60,000 bases of DNA from the NCBI GenBank assembly GCA_965235115.1, contig OZ249436.1, positions 13,704,001 through 13,764,000 of the forward strand, read 5' to 3'. This stretch comes from Laetmonice hystrix. Taxonomy: Eukaryota. This document shows, piece after piece, positions 21,100 through 33,415 of the stretch (position 1 is the first letter of the stretch; the number at the start of each line of letters is the position of its first letter). The notes beneath the pieces are model-generated. The model saw nothing but the letters and a program-made list of their open reading frames with translations. It had not been told where the DNA came from and did no database searches. The position numbers and the translations under genes are program-made.

Positions 21100-23560
21100 T
21101 CAACGATACCGTTTTTATATCGTCTTCCTTTGTCATTTTCTTTCTTTGTTTTACTGTTTGTTGTTTTGATATTCGTTCTGCAGCACCTGGCTGTTGTGTA
21201 TTTATGACAAGTTCATTCATTGCAAGTTAAAACTTATATTAACTTAAACTAAACTTAACCTAACTTACCCTTACTAAAAGTGAAGCATGGACATGGACAC
21301 AACATATGAAAACATATGAAACATAATGAAAATACTACATCTCAAAACTGAAAGAATCAATAGTAAACGATGCAAGTATCATACATGGCTCAAACTTCAA
21401 CCCATTCAACATCCACAGCCCCAAATCTGCTGCAATATTTGAAAGCAAACCAACACAACTTTCTCAAGGCAAACTAAGGGTAGCATATTTTCCATGATGT
21501 TTTCAAATTCATTCGAACGTAGATCACCACACAACAACCACTTGTGAAGCTTGTGCAATACAAATTGAACCATTATCACGCGAATCTCTGAGGTATAAGG
21601 CAAGCAACATAAAAATTAAACCCCACAAACATCTTATTCAAAAAGACATTCAAAACATCGAAAATATCAATAGAATCAGGGAAATAAATAAAATCAATCG
21701 CCCCACCAAAATCATCAAAATAATCACCCATCAGCGTGTGAAAATATCAACCTATAGCGGCGACTCAAATGACATACATGACCGTTTGCTTTGAGTATTC
21801 CTGAGCATTTTCCTAGTCTGTGTGCATGTATAACCGCTTTTTACGAATCCACACCTAACTCCATGATTCATAGGGTACCATCTTCACCAGTTTAGGATTT
21901 ATGTTGTATTTTTTGATGAATTTGTCTTTGTTCAACTGTTTTGATATTCATTCTGCAGCACCTGGCTGCTGTGCATTATACCAACCACATTCGGCATAAG
22001 GTTGTGGCATTACTGATGCCTTTATAGGTTATATCTTGTTTAAACGTCGTTATTCGTGTTGTGCATGTCTCTGTCTGAACTGTTATATTCACACCCTGCT
22101 CTCTCATTCAGATTTTGCTGCACGAGTCTTCTCTTTTTTTTTCTTCCTTTTTTTTTACTGTGTCACTATCTTTGATTTTCATTTTCGAAATGGACAGTGA
22201 CATTGGCTGCATGTGATGGAAACTAAACACCTTCGCTTTTCCATGTTTCGCCAAAGTATTATCGATGATGAGTTTTTGAAGTCACTTCTTTATATTCAAG
22301 TGTCATGTGTCTACGTTTTGTCTTATTATATAACCTTTGAAGAATCACAAGAGACCAAACAATTGACACTTTATTAATTGAGACTTCGTCACCTTTGGAA
22401 GTTAACTTAACTTATACTTAACTAAACCTAACATATACATAAGTTAAACAACATGAAACCTACAAAGCAAAAAACGATCAAACATAGAAGACAAAACACA
22501 TTAGACAGTATTTCAAACATAGCCACAATCAACTTTCAACATATGAAAATACAACATGTATATAAAAACATTGAAATAATCAGTGTAGGTACACGATGCA
22601 AGTATCATACATGGGACAAACCTCAACCCACTGCATCAACATCCTCAGCTCCTAATCTGCTGCAGTAGGCCTACTTGAAAGCAAACCAACACACCATGCT
22701 CAAGGAATGCAATATTACATGATGACGTTTCAAATTCATTCGAACATAAGCAGCATAAACATTAACCCCAACAAACATCTTATTAAAACATTAAAGCATT
22801 CAAAACATCGGAAACATAAATAGAATCAGGGAAATAAATGAAATCAAATGCACACAAATACGTAATCAAACCGATCAACCACTAGTGTGTGAAAATACCA
22901 AACCAGCATAAACATGCCTAATACATGTTCGACTCATATACAAGTACACCGTATCATACATTTGACTGTTTGGCTTGAGTAGCATTCTCCTGAACATTGT
23001 TCATCGTTTGTGGAACCCCAGAGTATGGCGACACCCTTTTATACAAATCCACGGTCAGTTTAGTATTGATGTTGTCTTTCTCGGTCATTTTCTTTTTGCG
23101 CTTGACATTACATTTTGTCGTTTTCATATTCATTCTGCAGCACCTGGCTGCTGTGTGCATTGTACCAACCATATTCAGTGCAAGTCTGTGGCATTCCTGA
23201 TGCCGTTATAGGTTATATCTTGTTTAAACTTCGTTATTTGTTTCACGTTTAACCGATACATCAGTACTTTCAAGTCTTTTTATTAAACCCAATTGTATGT
23301 GGCGATGATTGCCGATTTCATAAACTCTGAAGAAACACAAGAGATCAAAGAATTGACATGTTATTAATTGAGACTTATACTTATCTTAAACCAAACATAA
23401 CCTAACTTATGCTTAACTTAAACTAAACCATGGACCTGAACAGAATCAAACTTCAACATATTAAAATATTACATCCAGGTAGGTGTAGTGTAGGTAAACG
23501 ATGCAAGTATCATGCATAGGTCAAACTGCAACCCACTTTACTTGAAAGCAAACCAACACT
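21100..23560. repeat. Three diverged tandem modules of ~0.8-1.2 kb
   Basis: TTCTGCAGCACCTGGCTG at 21176, 21951, 23133; GATGCAAGTATCAT at 21369, 22595, 23500 (partial copy at 24417); TTGAAAGCAAACCAACAC in each module; boundaries approximate. Confidence 0.8.
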
Positions 23561-24505
23561 CATCTCTTTGAATAATCGTGTCCTCAAGGGCAGCGGGCAG
23601 GAAGGTAAGCACTAAGGTGAACAGTAGACATTCAAGCAAGAGGGTATACCGACGGGCAGGCAAGCTGAAAGACAGGCCAGCAGGCAGACAGACACACAGA
23701 TTACCGAGCAGGAAGGCAGGCAGGTAGTAAGGCAGACAGACAGGCAGGAAGGAACGATCGCAGACAGGCAGGTAGTCAAGCAGGCGGTAAGGCAGGCAGG
23801 CAGGCGGCCAGGTAGTGAAAGCAGGCACGCAGGAAAGCAGGGGATTGGCCAGGCAGGACGGCACGCAGATTGGCACACCTAGGCACACCGCTCCACACAC
23901 CCACCCACCCACCCAAAACCCCACATTACCACATGTCCACTAGAGTACCCAGCGGACCACCCCCCCAACCAGACAACCCGCCCAACCGGCCACCCATCTG
24001 ACCACACACCCACCCTGAAACCCATCGATCCACGCGACAAACCTAAAAACCAACCCGAAAGGCAACCCATCCGACCGTCCGAGCAACCGACCAACCACTC
24101 AACTCAGCAGCAGCCATCTTTTCTACACCTCCTACTGAATGGACAACCGGCATCTTATAGCCTGAAAAAAAACATGAACTCAAAACAACCATCAATATGT
24201 GGAAAATATACAAAATCGTATGCATTTGATCAAGGTACCATACATAACATAAGGACAAGCACACAGAACGTTTAAACATCATTAAAACTGTCATCTATCA
24301 TGATATCAACACTTGCTAATACAGTCATACAAGTATCAAACAAGGTATTAAAACTAAAACAATAAACTCAACATGTGAAAATATCAAGTCAACATGCATG
24401 GTCATACACAGTAACTGATGCAAGTATCATACAAGATTATTAAACTTAAAAAAAATACATCATAACATTAAAACAAGCAATAATAAACATACAACCAAAT
24501 AATTT

Positions 24506-25040
24506 CATGTTGGCACCCTAGGCTTGTGTCTTTTTATCGTTTTTCTGTATGCACCAGTTTTTGTCAGCGATTTCGTGTTTAAACCTCAGCATGTTGACAT
24601 CCTTGATTTGTTTCTTTTTATCGTTATACTGATGTACCAGTTTTTGTCAGCGATTTCGTGTTTAAAACCTGAGCATGTTGACATGCTTGATTTGTGCCTT
24701 TTTATTGTTATACTGATGCACCAGTTTTTGTCAGCGATTTCATGCTTAAACCTGAGCATGTTGGCACCCTTGGTTTGTGTCTTTATTATACTCATTCACC
24801 ACTTTTTTCAGCGATCTCATGTTTAACCCTGAGTCATGTTGACACCCTTGGTTTGTGTCGTTATTGTTATAGTGATGCACCAATTTGTCAGCGATTTCTG
24901 TATAAACATGAACACGTTGGCACCCTTGGTTTGTATTTTTACTCATTCACCAGTTTTTTTTTCAGCGATTTTATGTTTAAACCTGAGTCATGTTGACACC
25001 CTTGGTTTGTGTCTTTATTGTTACACTGATGTACCAGTTT
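24506..25040. repeat. Degenerate ~80-bp tandem repeat, ~6.5 copies
   Basis: catgttg(g/a)cacccttggtttgtgtcttt...cagcgattt...aaacctgag recurs every 75-84 bp. Confidence 0.85.
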
Positions 25041-25807
25041 CTTAAAGAGGCCAAGGAACCTATTTTCACACGTTCAAAGAGTCCTACACTAACCCATTCA
25101 GACTTACAATCAAAACTTAAAAACAAATCATAAGCTATACAATAAACTATGATGCACACAATTGTGTAATACACATTGATTTAAACATCATCACGTGAAT
25201 CATAATCATCAAAATAAGAAAAGATTAAATCAACAGGTGTCCTGTTTCAGTGGCAGTGTACGAAAGCCAAGGAAAACCTTATGTTTGCACTGTTCAAATA
25301 TACAAAAACATGAGGAACTTAAATTTAAACACAACTTAAATAAACCCTAACAACAATCTAGCCCTTAAGATGCCCTTTACCTTTCGTAAAAAGTCAAACC
25401 TTAGCATTGGATCTCACGGTTACTTTCTCAGGATTAAGAAGGCCAGAATGTTGCCTGAAAAAAGCAAGCATACAAAAAATTATACTATGCCCTATTCAGA
25501 CAGCAAATGGATAGTATGATCAACATGACAAATCTGAAGAATACAGGTTAATAAGGTATAGGCATAAGTTAAGCAGGCAGCCATTTGGGAAAGTAAGGCA
25601 GCCGTAGGGCAGGGACATGGCCAGGCAGACAAGCATGCAGTTTTGCAGGGATTGGCCTCACGCAACCACACAGTCAGCCACCCACCTACTAACCCGAGCT
25701 TACCACCAACCAGCCCACCATCTGACCGCCTGCCACCTGACGTGTCCACCCACTGACCCAACCACCCATCTGATCACTCCTGCTCGACCACCAAAGCTCC
25801 TTTTTTA

Positions 25808-25985
25808 GGGGAGTGGCGGTGGCCTAGTGAGCATGGATGTCGACACCTTATGCTATGCGAATGGGTGCAGTAATCTTAGGGCCTGGGTTCGATTCCTGTA
25901 GAGGACTATACAACTTTTCTCTTTAGGGACATTGTCAAAGTAATTGGGTTACCCCTGATGCCCGTGCATTTCAAAAGAAAAATAC
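25808..25985 (+). mobile_element. tRNA-derived SINE-like element (Pol III A and B boxes)
   Basis: A box TGGCCTAGTGAG 25820-25831, B box GGTTCGATTCC 25886-25896, A-rich end; no acceptor stem, so not a tRNA; no TSD seen. Confidence 0.55.
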
Positions 25986-27353
25986 AGCCTAGTTACCTGA
26001 AAACCAACAGGAAAACCAGCCCATCTAACTACCTATGCTCCCCAACCAAACAACGCACTATCTAATTAACTAACCAACGAAGCAATTAATTATCATATGA
26101 ATATTTATAATCTAGGCCCTAATAATGCTCCAAGAATGAAATTAGGCCTATCATCAAGCCAAAAATGTTAATTCACGTACCTTTTCTGCAGATTCTGCAG
26201 GTTTTAGGGCGTGCTTTCCAACTTGTCAGCCTTTAGTTATCATCTGCTTGCATACTGACCACCTCAAGGAAGCTCGGGTTATGAATTTGGGAAGATAAAT
26301 ATTTAAAATATGAAATTAAACCTGAAGGGAACAGTTTCAGCAACAATAATCAACAGTTTTTATGGTGAGAAAACACCTTTCAGCAGCAAGATATATAATA
26401 AAATAATTAAAATTTGAAATGAAACCTGAAAGGAACAGTTTTTATGGCAGCAAGTAACTGACAAACTTTGTCTCATCGAGGTCCGAATGGAATACGAACC
26501 TGAGAGGCCAAGGAGCTCAGGGGCCTGGCTCACTTGATCACTGCAATTGTTCTGTCAGAAATGTTCACGAAAAGGCATAGAAGCTGAAGGTGAACTAATG
26601 TCATAGTCGGCTATCTACTTCCCTGACCACCGGATCTGGCGTCTGAACAACACATGATTACCCACTGGTGACATCTATAAGCATCTTTGGCACAGGATGC
26701 CGGCTGTCGGAGCGAGGAGGAACCCTTGCCGAACAGTCCCGTACATTGCCCCTCCTCTCTGGGACACACTGCCCCCCAATCTGTATGGCCAATGAACAGT
26801 TTGAACTAGAACTAATGTCATAGTTGACTGCCCGATTCTAACAACTTTTACCAGCAGCATATGAGGACAGACTACGAAAGGTGGCGGGTTAGGACAAACA
26901 CCGTCAGACTCCACTGCAGTAGATTGAAGCCTGCTGACCACTCCACTGTGACTCGACATATTACAACGCGACAGTTACCCAGACAGCGGCCAGTGTGAAC
27001 ATTCCAACTTGGCAAATAAGGTATAGTTTAACAATTGTTTATACATCACAGTACAGTGACGTCAACCTAGCGTTTGGACAACTTACCGCCCAATCTACCC
27101 ACCATCTATCAACCAACCAGCTAAGTAATTAAACAACCAACCAATCATTTTCCCCTTTTCGTGACAGGTTCCAGGTAGATGGACAACTGAAAACAAGAAA
27201 GGTTGGATGGTTAATAAAATGATTTAAAATGATACACACGTAAATCGACAATACTAACTTATACTTGTGTCTTGTACTGACTGTCTTGTAATGGAATTGG
27301 ACCAATTTGTCAAAAAAGGGAGCCTATGCCCATTTGTTGATAGGGGCCTGCAT

Positions 27354-28003
27354 TGTTACAACCGCTAATGTAATAACGCCCACTATTGTAATAACTGGGG
27401 TGCTAGGGGGGTACCAGGGAAGTACCACCAGAGTACCGGACAGGACCAGGGGAGCATTTTTGGGGTACCCTCTGAGTACCCTCTGGGTACGCCCTGGGTA
27501 CCCAGAGGGTACCAACCGGGGGGTACACGGGAAATACTACTGGAGTACCGGACAGGACCAGGTGAGCATTTTGGGGGTACCCCCTGAGTACCATCTGGGT
27601 ACCCCCTGGGTACCCTCAGGTACCGATCTGGTCGGTAGCCCTTGAACAAAGTTTTATTACAATAGCGGTTGCGAATTCTGGCGAACGCAACCGCTATTGT
27701 AATAACTGGGGTGCTAAGGGGTACCAGGGAAGTACCACCAGAGTACCGGACAGGACCAGGGGAGCATTACCCAGATGGTACTCAGGGGGTACCCCCAAAA
27801 TGCTCACCTGGTCCTGTCCAGTACTTCAGTAGTATTTCCCTGCATGGTACCCCCCGGTTGGTACCGGGTACCCAGAGGGTACTCAGAGGGTACCCCAAAA
27901 ATGCTCCCCTGGTCCTGTCCGGTACTCTGGTGGTACTTCCCTGGTACCCCCTAGCACCCCAGTTATTACAATAGTGGTCAATATTACATTAGCGGTTGTA
28001 ACA
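27354..28003. mobile_element. Foldback-type non-autonomous DNA element, TGT...ACA termini, 6-bp TSD CTGCAT
   Basis: CTGCAT|TGTTACAACCGCTAATGTAAT ... ATTACATTAGCGGTTGTAACA|CTGCAT; ~250-bp inverted arms rich in GGTACC; internal partial third arm copy. Confidence 0.88.
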
Positions 28004-30681
28004 CTGCATTCCTGAAAATATCTGAGAACTGATGTGAGAATTCCTCGGACGGTTTGACAATTACTAAAGTAAGGAGTAGCCAAGTTCATAAAAGCTCTTC
28101 AACGACACAAACTTTGCACCTGCACCTGATCGATCAGAAACTCACCTTTATCAAGCTGTGGCCCATGCTTGATGGAAACCAGCAGAGTAGGCCTACGCTA
28201 CCTGGAAATTAAATAAACGCAAAGAGTAAATAAACCCGTCACAAAACATCGCTGTTTTAACTTATTAGCATCTTAACATGACTTCAACGTACACGATCTG
28301 TTCCCCTATAATAATTCCTTCCGTTTAAATTAAACAGGTATTCAGATTCTACCTCACATTACATGATCAGGCGTGCATTGTAGGCCTAGGTGCTGGACCT
28401 GGACCTGGGACGAATGTCTTTCCAATGAAAAATTAGGCCTATGCCTACCTCTGATCACACGCAAGACCTGTGCAGTTTTCGTCGCTACCAGCAAGTGAGG
28501 TTTTGTGAAGCAGTCGAGTTCTTCGTTCGGTTGAATTTGAATTGGTTTCAATGACGTGCAGTAGCCCTACAATCTCACTGTGGGAATGCCAGGTAACGAC
28601 TGACGAATGGCACTCAAACCAGATCGAACCGGCGAATTTCCCCCCCACGCATGCGCATCGACAAGTGTAATGAATATTCATGTAGTTCTGCTGCAATGTG
28701 TGACAGAGTCGGCTCTCATTGTAAAGCCATTGTGCAGAATTGCATGCTTCACTGAATTGTTGGAAATGCACACATTCAAGCTCGCGTATATCAACAATGA
28801 GCGGTCATCCACTGCAAAATTAAACCGATCTTTGACCGAAATTATCTATCCGTGAGATATTATATATTTATTCATTCATTTAGTAAATGCTCGTCATCTT
28901 CAGGGCGAGAACGGCGGATATAATATCAGTCCTGTTGCCGACATGCTGTGCTAAATCGGTCACGTCGTTCGTCCCACTTTGCTGATCTGCCCATGTCACC
29001 ACTTGTTGAGTCTCCTAGACCCCACCGCCGCACTACCCCCCCCCCCCCCCAGCTGACCCCCTCCCACCCAAGTACGGTCCACCAACCGTCCATTGTTTTT
29101 GTATACATATCCACTGCGCCTACGCCACCTGTAATCCACCTATGTAGTCGGGGTGGGAGGGGGTCGGATGGCAAGGAGGCGCCAACACAATTATGTAATC
29201 CACTGGGCCCGATTCCATGTACACAACTCACAATGTTATACACGTACTTTTGCCCCGGCCAGCACAATGTTCTACCTGGGTGGTAAATATTGGAAGGGGG
29301 CCTGGAAAACCTCGTTATCAGATATTTAGCCTGGTTGAATATGCGCCCCCCCTTCAAAAAAATCTTGATACCTTGAGGGGGTTAGAAAACATATTCCTGG
29401 TGACTCATGTATAGAGCAAGATTTAATTATAACTACATGTATGTAAAGGTGGATTCATGAAAGGTAGCCTATAATCAGTGTGGTTTTCACGGGAAAGCCG
29501 ACTGGTGGGATGTCACAGGCGCAAGGTTCTGGGAGACGGTATTGTGTCAGGCCACAGTCGTTATACATGTACTACTGGTGACTTATGATTGTATCAGTGA
29601 GTGTGCGGCTATAATATCGTGTTCTGGTGATTATGTAGTCTAATTCTAACTGTCTTCGCTATGAACTGAAAGGGGGAGGTGTGATAAAAAAATGTTCCAA
29701 ATATTATGACACTGGGGTAAAAATTAGCCTATAGAAGTTAGTCAAGAAAAGTGTTCTAGAATGTTTTGGCCCACCCGATATACCCCGAGGACATTTACCC
29801 CCTAGGACTTCGACACCCTCGGACTCGCCCCCCCCCCATAACAGGACATTAATTGTCCCATTACACTATGCTGTTATATCTTCGCTTGTTATTTATTATA
29901 TTCATCTCTAATATGACTTCTACCACTCTTTCCTGTTTGATGGAGTAAACGTGCAAAAAAGAGGACGGAGTGACTAAACTAAACCTTTCAATATCATTAT
30001 TACAGAATATATAAATTTAAGGTGTAAATGGCTCATGAGTCATTGATTGCGAACGCACTTATGTTGAATTTAATACCAGACGGCAGCATTCCTAGGAATG
30101 ACAACTGCAGTGGTGCAGAGCCTTGGACACCTACATAGACCATGATAGCCTACATGATACTAACACTGGGGTAAAATCTTAAATCCGGGGGCGTCTTTCC
30201 CGGAGGGGGCGTCTCGCCCCGCTCTACTCTACACGAAAAGACGTTAGAAACATAGCAGTTGCTTGGTTAAGGAAACAATCCCACTTTAAAAAATGGGGAC
30301 CACTTGGGTGGTTTTGCTCATAATTTTGTGTGGGATGAGTATCCGGAAGGTTTTGCAGGTTCAGAATGGGGCGATCATAAAGGTATCAATGCATTTCGGT
30401 GCTATATCGGTCATATCGTGCTGTGTGGACATATCGTGCCGTTTTGGATGAAAAACTGCAGACAATGCATATCGTGCCGGTCGGACATATCGTGCCAGGC
30501 GGACATATCGTGCCACAACAGGGTCGATCCCCTACCTCCCTTTCTCAATTTCTGTTGTTACATGATTCTACTATTAAGGCAATTCGTTAATATATCTCCG
30601 TGTATCCTTCGTTCAAATGGCCTCCCGTTAGTCTATTGCCAGTCAGCTGTGTGTCAGCTGTGTGCCGCTATGTGGCAACTC

Positions 30682-31114
30682 CACGATAGGGGGCGCCTCG
30701 GGAGGTCGTCTGTTGATCATACCTTTGTATTTCCGCATTATATGGCTATAAAGTTATTTCTAAATCTTAAGTACGGAAGATCAGTGCGTAAAACAACTCC
30801 TAAATCATACGCACATCTAAAAGGCGTCCTCCCAACACTGATATAATAGGCCTTTTTTGATATTCTGTCTGGAAGTGTGCCTCTGTGTAATGAAGACACG
30901 ATAGGGGGCGCCTCGGAAGGTCGTCTGTTGATCATACCTTTGTATTTCCGCATTGTTTGGCTATAAAATTATTTCTAAATCTTAAGTACGGAAGATCAGT
31001 GCGTAAAACAACTCCTAAATCATACGCACATCTAACAGGCGTTCTCCCAACACTGACATAGGCCTAGGCCTCTTTTGATAACCTGTCTGAAAGTGTACCT
31101 CTGTGTAATGAAGA
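30682..31114. repeat. Tandem duplication of ~215 bp (two near-identical copies)
   Basis: cacgatagggggcgcctcg...aatgaaga starting at 30682 and 30897. Confidence 0.92.
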
Positions 31115-33415
31115 CGCCAGTCCTGTTGTTCACCAACCTTGAATCACGATATATACAAAACGGAGCCATTCAGAATTAGAAAACATACATCGTATAATTT
31201 TTTTTCTTCTAAAACCCTTTTTCTGAAAACATATATTGGGAAAGGGAGGAGCGCGATTCAGAAATATCGTGTTTCCCAAGTTATGGTATCAGAATAATAG
31301 TCTATAACAAATTGCAAGATCCATGTTTGATTCATCTGTTCTTGTAAACTTTTCTAGATATGGATGGCCATCCCAACCCGTGTGTTCCTGCTTTTTGCAT
31401 ATACGTTCTGCGGTAAAATAATTTGATCATTTCGAAGATAAGGCGGCCAGTGTCTCCCAATTGTGTAGTCTAAAATATACCCATGTGTAATAAGGTGTCG
31501 TATTCCCGAACCTTTTATTACTTCTCTTTAGATTAACAGAAATCTGAGCGCATTAGGCCTCAAGAATACAACTGTGTCATGATCAGGTTATGAATACCTA
31601 TAAGTAATTGAGAACTGTTCAAATTGTACTTTATGATGTACTATCCCTTTCTTTCTAAGTATTTCCTTTTTCGTAATCGATATCGTCATTGTTAAATCTG
31701 TTGAAATCGACGAGAATGCTCGGAAATGGCAAGGACCTAAATTCGGAGTCTTCCAAGAAAAGATTCGAGAAAACGGAGCATGCCTTGAGAGCCAAAGATG
31801 GCTCATATGACGGCAGGACTAAATACTATTGATTACAGCAGACGGGTTGGAAGTTGACCGATCTTGTCCCCACATTACTTCGGTTTACATAGCCGGCCAA
31901 TGCCATCGCGTGAGGAGAGCTCATTTTCATGTTAAAATAGTATGTTGCTTGCAAATGATGGCGCCCATTGGGTGGCTTCAATGGTGGCTTCAAATGGAGG
32001 AGTTATTCATTCTACACGGTGATACGATGTCGTCAAGAAGTGATCTCCCACGATCCTGATGCGTTGAAAGTTTATCGACCGGTCGGACGTGGTGATAAAG
32101 ATAGGCTAATTCGGGTAGAATTAAGGCTCCCATTAGATTGGAGTGGCTCGTTCATTATCGGCCATCCAATCAACGGCCCATTGCCCCAGCACGGCTACAA
32201 CACGCAGTTGTAGAGCATTACCATTGGCTCTCGGCTCACTGTCTCCCGCCAATAATGGACTTAACGCACTCTTCAAGGACATTTTACTATATTAGGAACA
32301 CGAGTGGACGCATATATCTACTACAGGCGAAACGACCTGGCGAGCGAATGCCTTGAAATTCAGGCAACTGTCGGGTATGGTGTATAGCTGAAATGTGATC
32401 ATACTTTTATAATGTAGCTTCAAAGACATCTATCTATACGCTGCGCCATCGCCTATTTGTGGTAGACGATCTGTTTACCTTTCTAGATTTACCCGAGTCG
32501 TTTGGTGAAGACATTGGAGATGTAGATATCATTCTAAAATATTCTTGGTGGAAATGCCTTTCATGTGTGCCGATGGGTTACCGTAACATGTGAAGTGATT
32601 AATGGACAGCGGCATCGTGTTTCTGTAAAGTAATTTCTCCCTGCCCGTTCCGTGGTTGACCGCTGTGGCAGGCCCAGCAGCAGGTCGGTGGCACCAATAG
32701 CAGGTCGGTGGCACCAATAGCAGGTCGGTGGTACTAGCGTGTTGTGGGTACGGCAGATTGCTTCAATGCGGTTTTCAGATTGGTGACGAACGACCGCGAC
32801 ATGCGGGCCAGTCTTCAGTGTCTCCAGTCCCTGAAGTCATTCCAGTACTGATGTTAGCCTGTCTAGAGACGTTACACATGTCAATTCAGCCTACTTTCCT
32901 TTAACCTTGGTACCTTTCGTTAGAAAACCATTTAACTTTTCGACGAATTCATGCCAATACACCAGACTCTGACCATCTTTATATAAAAGTTAAACGGGAA
33001 ATGGAGCACTCATCTTTGGACAACTACGATATCAGTACAATACATATTATGTCTATACTGACGGGTAGAAAAAAGTCGTAACTAGTTTCGTAATTCGCGA
33101 CTTAGCGGGGAAAGCTTAGTAACGTACCAAGAGGTCACGCCAACAGTCTAACTATGGTATTCATAATATTAAAACATAAATGATAATCTAGAATGGGAAA
33201 TACCTCAATCAGATAAACCCTAACATCGCTTGCTACATTGGGAAAAATATCCATTGTAATCTATTATGGTTCAAAGCAATCATTGTGCGCCTCCTTTTTC
33301 AACACAGGTATATGTTATAGACTGCTAATTTACTGCAGGACTAGGGACGCCATCTAGCGGTGTTTATATTGCCGTAAAGCCCGTGTTTTGAAAGTCGGGA
33401 AAAGCACGTCACCAT

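Noticed and set aside
25808..25910. Functional tRNA gene
   Set aside because: A and B boxes are present but no acceptor stem or cloverleaf forms
30304..30846. 180-aa ORF
   Set aside because: Non-ATG start, runs across a repeat end and a tandem duplication, no recognisable motif
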